Source of the DNA: Caldithrix sp.
Lineage (GTDB): Bacteria; Calditrichota; Calditrichia; Calditrichales; Calditrichaceae
NCBI GenBank assembly: GCA_020720405.1
Contig: DYOS01000001.1
Span: forward strand, 31,002 to 95,001
Reading direction: 5' to 3'
Length of the DNA: 64,000 nucleotides
Below the pieces are notes generated by a model. That model made no database searches. It saw only the letters and a program-made list of their open reading frames with translations, and was not told the DNA's origin. Made by a program: the position numbers and the translations under genes. Shown here piece after piece: positions 47,243 to 57,036 of this stretch. Each line of letters begins with the position of its first letter. The first letter of the stretch is position 1.

Positions 47243-48277
47243 TCAGGGCCTTTTCTTTGATTGATTTTTCCGAACCTGACGTCGGTATTCATCAAATTTG
47301 CCCTTTGCCGCAGCGTGCTCGCGGAGTGTCCGGTGAAAGCTGTGGCTACCATCGCCCCGGGCGACAAAGTACAAATTATCTGAATCCACCGGGAATATTG
47401 CAGCCAGAATCGAAGCCCTTCCCGGATTGTTGATTGGGCCCGGAGGCAGGCCGGTGTATTTATAGGTATTATATGGTGAGTCCGTTTCAAGGTCTTTGTA
47501 CAGCACTCGCCTCGGCGGACCCGGCACAATAAACTGAATGGTTGGGTCTGCCTGCAAAAGCATACCCCGTTTTAATCTGTTATAATAAACCGCAGCAATC
47601 TGAGGTCTCTCCGCATCAAGAATTGCCTCGCCTTCAATAATAGAAGCCAGAGTTAGTATCTGATGAATACTCATTAACGATTTCTTTAAAGCCAACCGGA
47701 CCGAATCGGCTTTGAACAAATTCTGGTTCTGTTGGACAAGAAATTCAAGAATTTGCATTTCTGTCATCCCGGTTTCAAAAAAATAGGTATCGGGCAACAG
47801 ATAGCCTCGTATCGTCCCTGCCTCAATGTTTAACCTGGCCAGGAAAGCGGGGTCTGAGCCCAGCGAGTCAAAGCGGACACTATCCAAAGAATATTTTTCG
47901 GAAAGCTCCGAAAAAACAGATGAATTGTCCCATCCTTCAATCAGGCGAACCGTTTGAGTTTGTGGCTTGGCAACAGTCAGGTATTTAGCCAGCTGGGGAT
48001 AACTTAAGCCGGTTGGGATTGAAAACCGGCCGGCTCTTAAGACCCGGTCATATTTAAAAAAAATAACCGTCCTCTTAAAAGCATCAGCATGACTGATCAG
48101 GCCTTCCTTATTTAGAATACCGGCAATCTGATCGAGATTGGCCTTTTTAGGAATATAAATGGTCTTTGTCCCTTCCCGGGAAACCGAGTTCATATCAAGA
48201 TAGAAATAAGACTGATAAACCCACCAGATTATAATGAGCGGGAAAATCAGAAAAAGTATTTTAACCGTTTTCATCAT
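47243..48277 (-). CDS. mltG: Endolytic murein transglycosylase MltG (YceG-like)
   Basis: The protein has an N-terminal TM segment. TLASIIEGEA..ERPQIAAVYYNRLKRGMLLQADPT and YNTYKYTGLPPGPINNPG are the conserved blocks. I prefer the start at M22, because the longer ORF would overlap the chorismate mutase gene by 80 nt. Confidence 0.88.
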   Translation of the reverse strand: MMKTVKILFLIFPLIIIWWVYQSYFYLDMNSVSREGTKTIYIPKKANLDQIAGILNKEGLISHADAFKRTVIFFKYDRVLRAGRFSIPTGLSYPQLAKYLTVAKPQTQTVRLIEGWDNSSVFSELSEKYSLDSVRFDSLGSDPAFLARLNIEAGTIRGYLLPDTYFFETGMTEMQILEFLVQQNQNLFKADSVRLALKKSLMSIHQILTLASIIEGEAILDAERPQIAAVYYNRLKRGMLLQADPTIQFIVPGPPRRVLYKDLETDSPYNTYKYTGLPPGPINNPGRASILAAIFPVDSDNLYFVARGDGSHSFHRTLREHAAAKGKFDEYRRQVRKNQSKKRP

Positions 48278-48566
48278 TTTGTAATTGTTCTGAGAAAAAT
48301 TCCCGCTCGAGTCTCCGGGATTCATCAATAATTCGCTCATACAGCCTGGTAATAGCTTCGTTACCTAAGGGGCCGGGATTGTTGGCTGTAACATTTTCCA
48401 ATACCTGCACCTCACGGCTTGGTACATAAACCGGCATATCCAAAGATCTTTTTACATGACCGATCTCAATAGCATACTTTGCCCGCATATTGAGCAGGCG
48501 AACGATCTGAATATCTGTCTCATCGATCAGAATCCGGTATTTTTCAATTTCCTGAGAGACAATCAT
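48261..48566 (-). CDS. Chorismate mutase (AroQ type)
   Basis: IDETDIQIVRLLNMRAKYAIEIGHVK......VYVPSREVQVL is the AroQ helical pattern. The length is 101 aa. Confidence 0.8.
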   Translation of the reverse strand: MIVSQEIEKYRILIDETDIQIVRLLNMRAKYAIEIGHVKRSLDMPVYVPSREVQVLENVTANNPGPLGNEAITRLYERIIDESRRLEREFFSEQLQNDENG

Positions 48567-48646
48567 TCACCTCCCCTGTAAAGCTGTGCAATATAAAGAA
48601 ATGACTAAAGAAGGTGCAAATTAAAGGTTAGCCAAATATTTGTTTA

Positions 48647-49495
48647 TTAAGGTTTAATCAGAATTTGTGTTGAATCTAACAAGTTTCTGATACGGCTGTC
48701 CGGGGAAAGCTCCTGGTCAATTGTAATGACTTCCGCTTTAAGGTGCTCTCTATAAATCTGAAGATCAAGCAAATACTCGCCATCGGAGCGACCGCCGATA
48801 ATAAATGGTTTTATACCGCTTTGAATCCTGTCAGACTGGGCAAAGGACCATAAAATACAATCGACCGCGGGATACGTTTTGCAGAAATTATCCAAATCTT
48901 CTTCCATTCCCTGAAAGATAACCAGCAGTAAATCATCATTGGCCAATTTTTGATAATCAATTTGAAATTGATCGGTTTCTGCCGGCAATATTTCTTTTCC
49001 CGCCTGCTGTAGCAGGGATGGAGCCATTACAGAATAAATATGCACCATTTGACCATTTATTGTTTTCTTTAAACTGGGTATAAAATCATTTTTTTTTATT
49101 TCATAGTTTGAACAAATAAACCGGGTGCCTGAAACCTGACCAATGTACCCGAACCCATTTGGCCGGTCTACTAAATCCTGGAACCCCGGTGTGAGAATTT
49201 CCGGCTTTAGCTGACTATATACTATTTCCATTCTGAGATTATGGGCAGGATAACTATAGGTATTGCCAAAATTACCGCCATCAATAAAAAGCAAATCCGG
49301 ATTAGCGCTTCTACGCTTATTTATAAAAGAACCTGCCAAATCAAGGCCCCCTTTGGGATGATCACCACAACCACAATTCTCGAGATTGCCGTTGAGATTT
49401 GACCAGAACAGAATTTCTACAGGAGTTTCCTGATTTTTGCAGGAGACCAGAAGTACTAACATAATTATTGTTAATTTGATAAAGGAATATTCCAT
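48647..49495 (-). CDS. Lipoprotein with a degenerate metallophosphatase/5'-nucleotidase-like N-terminal domain
   Basis: The lipobox is LLVSC. ILFWSNLNGNLENCGC and LLFIDGGNFGNT resemble 5'-nucleotidase motifs I and II (..NDxHG.. and ..DxGDxxxG..) but carry N for the D and H ligands. I chose M15 as the start. Confidence 0.5.
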   Translation of the reverse strand: MEYSFIKLTIIMLVLLVSCKNQETPVEILFWSNLNGNLENCGCGDHPKGGLDLAGSFINKRRSANPDLLFIDGGNFGNTYSYPAHNLRMEIVYSQLKPEILTPGFQDLVDRPNGFGYIGQVSGTRFICSNYEIKKNDFIPSLKKTINGQMVHIYSVMAPSLLQQAGKEILPAETDQFQIDYQKLANDDLLLVIFQGMEEDLDNFCKTYPAVDCILWSFAQSDRIQSGIKPFIIGGRSDGEYLLDLQIYREHLKAEVITIDQELSPDSRIRNLLDSTQILIKP

Positions 49496-49578
49496 ACAGA
49501 TTTTTCCGATAACTGATCCAATGAAGGCCATCGTCAAATCCGGATGAAGTTGGCAGAATAAATTTTGTTAAATAATAG

Positions 49579-49626
49579 GATCAGGCTGTTTTCATGTCGT
49601 GAAGCATTAGACTTGCCAGCCTGATC
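49579..49626 (-). terminator. Long-loop hairpin overlapping the STAS gene stop codon (possible terminator)
   Basis: A perfect 10-bp stem, GATCAGGCTG (49579-49588) with CAGCCTGATC (49617-49626), encloses a 28-nt loop. On the - strand it is followed by CTATTATTTAAC. Both the loop and the tail are atypical for a terminator. Confidence 0.3.
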
Positions 49627-49975
49627 ACCTCGGATACGAATTAAGCTGTTTGATGGCTTCATCCATCGAGCTGAATACAGGGAAAACAGTATCCAGCTTG
49701 GTTATCTTTAACAGGTTTATGACCCGGTCGGACAAATTGATTAAACCTAATTTTCCGCCATTGTTTCTGAGTGTTGTAATGGCACCGATCAAAATACCCA
49801 GTCCGGAACTGTTCATCCAGTCCACATTTTTCAGGTTGATAATCAGTCTGAGATTACCGGCATCAATCATCTGGTGAATGCGATCATTAATCTCACCAGC
49901 TTCGGGACCACCCATAATTTTCCCGGAAAGATTCACGATGGTTATGTCATCTTGCTCGAAAGATTCAACACTCAT
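49625..49975 (-). CDS. STAS-domain anti-sigma-factor antagonist (SpoIIAA-like)
   Basis: ITIVNLSGKI, LIINLKNVDWMNSSGLGILI (the phosphorylatable Ser context) and GKLGLINLSDRVINLLKITKLDTVF support the call. Confidence 0.8.
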   Translation of the reverse strand: MSVESFEQDDITIVNLSGKIMGGPEAGEINDRIHQMIDAGNLRLIINLKNVDWMNSSGLGILIGAITTLRNNGGKLGLINLSDRVINLLKITKLDTVFPVFSSMDEAIKQLNSYPR

Positions 49976-49990
49976 AACTCAGTTCCTGTT

Positions 49991-50884
49991 TTAAGCTTTC
50001 TTTGAATGCCAATCGACCACGATCGGGCTGGCCACATATATCGATGAATAAGTACCGACAACGATCCCGATGATCAGCGCCAGGGCGAAGGTACGTAAAA
50101 CTTCACCGCCAAAAAAGTAAAGTACAACAACCACGATCAGGGTTGTACCGGAGGTCATGATAGTACGGCTCAATGTCTCATTGATACTGCGGTTAACCGG
50201 TTCAGACAAATCGGTCAGCTTTTGGCGGGTAGATTTAAGATTGTCACGAATGCGGTCAAAAACAACGATTGTATCGTTCAGAGAATAACCGACAATCGTA
50301 AGAACTGCAGCGATAATGGGCGCTGAAATTTCGATTTCAAAGACCGAGAAAACCCCCAGGGTAATGATGACATCATGGAACAGGGCAACAACCGCTCCTA
50401 CACCAAACTTAAGCTCAAAGCGCCACATAATGTAAAAAAGGATGAGGATCATCGACCATAGTACTGCCAGAATTGCTTTATAAATAAGCTCATGCCCGAT
50501 TTTTGGTCCAACCTTCTCCACCCTCTGCACGACAAATGGATTATCGGTTATGGAACTGGAAATGATCTGATCCATACTGGTTGACATTTCTTCAGCACTT
50601 TGTTCAACCTCAACCCGGATCGAGATTTCATTTGGCTGTCCAAAATGTTTGATTTCGGCTTCCGAAAAACCTGCTGCAGCAACAGCATTTCTTATCTGTT
50701 GTATCTCAACCGCTTTTTCAAATTTTAGATGAACCAGCGTTCCACCGGTAAAATCGATATTGTATTTTGGCCCACCATGAAGGATCAGCGAAATAATGGA
50801 GATCAAAATCAAAGTACCACTAAAGATATAAGCAGATTTTCTGATTTTCAGGAACTCATAGTGCGTATCAATGAATATTTGCAT
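49991..50884 (-). CDS. secF: Protein translocase subunit SecF
   Basis: NIDFTGGT, GPKIGHEL and YSLNDTIVVFDRIREN-like blocks are present, along with 6 TM segments. Confidence 0.92.
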   Translation of the reverse strand: MQIFIDTHYEFLKIRKSAYIFSGTLILISIISLILHGGPKYNIDFTGGTLVHLKFEKAVEIQQIRNAVAAAGFSEAEIKHFGQPNEISIRVEVEQSAEEMSTSMDQIISSSITDNPFVVQRVEKVGPKIGHELIYKAILAVLWSMILILFYIMWRFELKFGVGAVVALFHDVIITLGVFSVFEIEISAPIIAAVLTIVGYSLNDTIVVFDRIRDNLKSTRQKLTDLSEPVNRSINETLSRTIMTSGTTLIVVVVLYFFGGEVLRTFALALIIGIVVGTYSSIYVASPIVVDWHSKKA

Positions 50885-50917
50885 AAACCGAATTACTCCT
50901 TGTTAATCTCAGCGCTA

Positions 50918-52792
50918 TCAGATGCTGAGCTTTTTTACAGTCATTCTTTCCAGAGAAAAATCAAAGATCACCCTCGTTACAACGATAGCAGTAAACATTG
51001 AGGCTACGATACCAATCATCAGGGTAAGAGCAAAACCCTGTATCGGCCCGGAACCGTAGGTATATAAAACCAGCCCGGCGATAAAGGTGGTGACATTGGC
51101 ATCAAGAATCGTGATTAAAGCCTTGCCATAACCGACTTCAATGGCATTTCTGACTGTTTTACCGCGGCGAATTTCTTCTCTGACTCTTTCCAAAATCAGC
51201 ACATTGGCATCTACTGCCATACCGATAGTCAGAATAATTCCGGCAATTCCGGGCAGGGTTAATGTGGCATGAAAGTAAGCTATAATAGACATGATCAAGA
51301 CGATATTAAGCAACAGGGCAAGATCGGCAACAAGTCCGCTTACTCTGTAATAGACCATCATAAAAAGAGCAACTAAAACGAGACCGAGAAGTGCCGAATA
51401 ACTGCCGGCATTGATCGAATCCTGACCAAGTGAAGGACCAACTGTCCGCTCTTCCATGATCTGAACCGGAGCCGGCAGGGCACCAGCCTTTAAGACAATA
51501 GCCAGATCGGAGGCTTCCTGCATCGATTCAATATTGGTGATTCTGGCTCTTCCTCCGGTAATTTTAACCTGAAGCGTCGGAGCGAGAAAAACTTTATTAT
51601 CAAGGATGATGGCCAGTCTTTTACCAATATTTGCACCGGTTACCCGGGCAAAAACCTTTGAGCCCTCATCATTCAGGGATAATGAAATTTCAAATTTTCC
51701 AATGGAATTGGGATCACTTTGACTGCCCGGCTGCGGCACAGCTTCGGTAATGGTTGAACCGGTCAATTCGATGTTTTTATTGACCAAAAATACCTGATAG
51801 TATTGTTCATTTAATTCCGGTTTTGCTCCCCAAAGAAATTCTGCACTACCAGCCTGTTCAGCGATAATCTGTTTGACTTCGGGCAGCTTGAGAATCTCTT
51901 TGAATTTCTCTTCTTTTTGAACCGGAACCAACAAAGTCTGCTGGTCACGGGGATCGAGGAAAAATATGTTTTCTTCAAAAATTGACGCTGATTCAGTGGC
52001 AGCATCAACTGCTTTTGTGGTATCAATATTCAGCAATTCACCAACCGATTTAACCTGTTCGGAACTATCCGTTGCAGTTTCTGCAACGGCAGAATCAGCC
52101 GGTACGGTTTCGGATTTGGATTTAATAAAGGCATTGATTTTTTCGGCAATCTGTCCGGTAACAATATTTTCCCGCAGCATTTTAAATTCAAGTAATGCCG
52201 TTTTGCCAATCAGCTTCCGAACCCGGGTTGGGTCCGTAACACCGGCCAGCTCGACGATAATTCTGCGGTCACCCTGTTTTTGAATAATCGGCTCGCTCAC
52301 GCCAAATTCGTCGACACGGTTTCTTAAAATTTCAAGTGAACGGTCAACGGCTTCAGTGGATTGATCCCGTAAATAAGCAAGTACATTAGATTCATCCCGC
52401 AGGTCAGCCGAAGCATAGTAACGTACTATATTCTGACCTTTGGCCTTGAGCCTTCCGTTAAAGACGGAAATAAAATCCTCATCCGATTTCTGAACCTGTT
52501 GGTCTGCTTCAATTAAAGCCTGTTCGAATTCCTTATTCATATTTGAAGCCAGATTTTTCAGCAGTTCCCTGATATCAACTTCCAGTACAACATGCATACC
52601 GCCCTGAAGATCGAGACCGAGATTGATTGCCTTATCTTTTAAATCATAAAAGGCTTTCTGATCCCGGATGCGAAACTCATTTCTTTCATCTTCAGTCAGA
52701 TTATTATACTTGTAGGTCGGATAGAGCAGATAAATTGACAATGCCAGTACAGCTGAAATCAGGATTAATTTTGTAGTCGTATTCGACTTCAT
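50918..52792 (-). CDS. secD: Protein translocase subunit SecD
   Basis: LGLDLQGGMHVVLEVD, VGPSLGQDSI and GMAVDANVLILERVREE are present, and the protein has a large periplasmic domain. Confidence 0.92.
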   Translation of the reverse strand: MKSNTTTKLILISAVLALSIYLLYPTYKYNNLTEDERNEFRIRDQKAFYDLKDKAINLGLDLQGGMHVVLEVDIRELLKNLASNMNKEFEQALIEADQQVQKSDEDFISVFNGRLKAKGQNIVRYYASADLRDESNVLAYLRDQSTEAVDRSLEILRNRVDEFGVSEPIIQKQGDRRIIVELAGVTDPTRVRKLIGKTALLEFKMLRENIVTGQIAEKINAFIKSKSETVPADSAVAETATDSSEQVKSVGELLNIDTTKAVDAATESASIFEENIFFLDPRDQQTLLVPVQKEEKFKEILKLPEVKQIIAEQAGSAEFLWGAKPELNEQYYQVFLVNKNIELTGSTITEAVPQPGSQSDPNSIGKFEISLSLNDEGSKVFARVTGANIGKRLAIILDNKVFLAPTLQVKITGGRARITNIESMQEASDLAIVLKAGALPAPVQIMEERTVGPSLGQDSINAGSYSALLGLVLVALFMMVYYRVSGLVADLALLLNIVLIMSIIAYFHATLTLPGIAGIILTIGMAVDANVLILERVREEIRRGKTVRNAIEVGYGKALITILDANVTTFIAGLVLYTYGSGPIQGFALTLMIGIVASMFTAIVVTRVIFDFSLERMTVKKLSI

Positions 52793-52879
52793 AGAGAACT
52801 TCCCCTTGCGGTATTCAATTTAAATGACAATTTATAAAGCATTTAATTTAGCCTGACCCCCTTTTAAAGTCAATTAAAT

Positions 52880-55022
<2,143 letters not shown>

Positions 55023-55176
55023 TTAATATTCATAGACCTTAGTCCATAAAAAAATCATACCTGAATTATTAGGCTAACCAGTTTCCTCAGAAAATTACCA
55101 GGATTCATCTGAAATTCAGGCAAATTTTATCCTGCTTTTTGACTGCAGATGAACTGCTTTTTTTGTATTTTGCCCC

Positions 55177-55794
55177 ATGCCCGAAAAATATAAAATAATT
55201 GCCGGACTTATCTTCCTGCAAACCATGATTTCCTGCACCAATCCGTTTGCAACACGCACGCCGGAAAAACCTGATAACAACGATCAGATTTCTGTGTTTG
55301 AACCAGCAGTCACTCCCCGGATATTAATGACCAATTTCAGCCGGGCCATTGAACAAAAAAATTTACAGGAGTACCTTGCTGTTTTCCAGAATGATGAGTC
55401 GTCTCCGATCAGTTATTCATTCGAGCCGGATGAAAATTACAGCGAATTGCTTACAAATTCCTGGAAGTATGAAGACGAATTGAGTTATTTTTCAAAATTA
55501 AGCCAATCCGACCGTTTCGGCTACCCTTTGCTTCGTTTTCACTTTCTGGACTCCCTTGTCTATTCACCGCTTAATCCTGCTGCCGCCGATGATTCGGCTG
55601 AGACAAATTTTGTCCGCTATGAGTTAAAAATCGAGATGTCCGATTCCGTGCGGTTTGTTACCGGGCAAAGCCGGTTTAAATTACTAAAAGATAATCAAAA
55701 CCTTGAATTATGGTTACTGTATCTATGGCAGGACCGGGCAATAAACGGTGAACCTCATAAAAGCTGGACGGCCCATAAATATGAATTGCGTTAA
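55177..55794 (+). CDS. Hypothetical lipoprotein (paralog A)
   Basis: The signal peptide and lipobox read TMISC, followed by TNPFA. It shares an N-terminal C-x-NPFA block and a pattern of conserved aromatic residues with the next gene. Confidence 0.6.
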   Translation: MPEKYKIIAGLIFLQTMISCTNPFATRTPEKPDNNDQISVFEPAVTPRILMTNFSRAIEQKNLQEYLAVFQNDESSPISYSFEPDENYSELLTNSWKYEDELSYFSKLSQSDRFGYPLLRFHFLDSLVYSPLNPAAADDSAETNFVRYELKIEMSDSVRFVTGQSRFKLLKDNQNLELWLLYLWQDRAINGEPHKSWTAHKYELR

Positions 55795-56311
55795 GCTTCC
55801 GGTGACTTTCATATTTCTGCTCGCCTTTTGCGGTTCCTGCCTGAATCCGTTCGCCCCTTCTCTTTCTGATGAAAAAACCAATAAAAATCAGATTTTGACT
55901 AATCAAACTTCTCCCGAAGATGTCTTGATAAATTTCAGCTATGCCTATAATTTTAAGGATTCACTGGTCTATAGCGATTTGCTGGATAGTACTTTTATCT
56001 TTATTTCCAGAAATTTTGCTACTAATCCGGTAACCAGTATTAACTGGGGCCGGGATGTTGATATCCAGACCACGGTCCGCTTATTCCGGCATTTCGAGAC
56101 CGTAGATTTAATTTGGGGCGGAACCGTATTTCTGAATTTTTTTAATGACAGTACGGAAGCCGAAATAAAAAAAACCTTTCAGCTTACCCTTGATGGCGGA
56201 GAGGAAATACCCACCCTGAATGGTGAAGCACTCTTTTATATGAGAAAACAAATTATCAATTCGGAACCCTTCTGGCGAATTACGCGCTGGGAGGATTTGT
56301 CCACTTTTTGA
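55781..56311 (+). CDS. Hypothetical lipoprotein (paralog B)
   Basis: The lipobox is FCGSC, followed by LNPFA. I prefer the start at ATG 55781, which overlaps the upstream gene by 14 nt. The C-terminal W.I.RWEDL resembles the upstream WLLYLWQDR. Confidence 0.6.
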   Translation: MNCVKLPVTFIFLLAFCGSCLNPFAPSLSDEKTNKNQILTNQTSPEDVLINFSYAYNFKDSLVYSDLLDSTFIFISRNFATNPVTSINWGRDVDIQTTVRLFRHFETVDLIWGGTVFLNFFNDSTEAEIKKTFQLTLDGGEEIPTLNGEALFYMRKQIINSEPFWRITRWEDLSTF

Positions 56312-56321
56312 AGAGGAACAC

Positions 56322-57032
56322 ATGCAAAGATTAGCGCTTGATATTGATCCGATTGCCGTTATCAGAAACACTTTCGGCAATAACGATCCCGATCCTTCGC
56401 GGGCCGTTGTGCTGGCAGAACTGGGTGGAGTGGAAAGTATTGTCTGCTATCTGCGGGACGACCATAAAACTGTGAACGAACGGGATATTGCCGTTTTGCG
56501 CCAGATTCTGACCACGCATCTCAATATCCGCTGTAATATCACTGAAGAAACAATCCGGGCCATGATGCGGGTCAAACCCGATATGATTACTTTCGTCGCC
56601 CCGGGTTCGGTCAGAGATTTCGGCCCGGCTTCACTGAATCCGGATACTTATTCCTCCCAGTTGCAAAGTTATCTGCCTGAATTAAGGAGTAATAACATAC
56701 TTAGTTCAGTGCTGATTGAACCGGAAATCAATATGCTTAAAGCTGCCGGACGGATGGGTTTTGATTACGTGGAGCTTGATATAAAAAGTCTGGCTGAAGC
56801 TGAGGACATGAGCCAGGAGCTTGAACTGCTCGACCAGATCGGCAGCCTGGCCATGGCGGCCAACAAAATCGGTATGGGAGTAAACGTCTCAGGAAAAATA
56901 AATTCTGGTTTTATCAGAGATTTGAGCAGAATCGAACTGCTCGAGGATATTATTATCGGTGAACCAATCATTATCAAGGGTTTGGCTATTGGGATTGAAC
57001 AAGCCGTCCGTGATTTTCTCACTCATTTTTAA
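56322..57032 (+). CDS. PdxJ-fold protein (pyridoxine 5'-phosphate synthase-like) with most catalytic residues substituted
   Basis: LALDIDPIAVIRNTFGNNDPDPSRAVVLAELGGVESIVCYLRDDHKTVNERDIAVLRQ aligns colinearly with E. coli PdxJ [58 protein letters not shown]. The substitutions are N9 to D, H12 to P, R20 to F, H45 to Y, H52 to T and E72 to R. Confidence 0.65.
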   Translation: MQRLALDIDPIAVIRNTFGNNDPDPSRAVVLAELGGVESIVCYLRDDHKTVNERDIAVLRQILTTHLNIRCNITEETIRAMMRVKPDMITFVAPGSVRDFGPASLNPDTYSSQLQSYLPELRSNNILSSVLIEPEINMLKAAGRMGFDYVELDIKSLAEAEDMSQELELLDQIGSLAMAANKIGMGVNVSGKINSGFIRDLSRIELLEDIIIGEPIIIKGLAIGIEQAVRDFLTHF

Positions 57033-57036
57033 TTCA

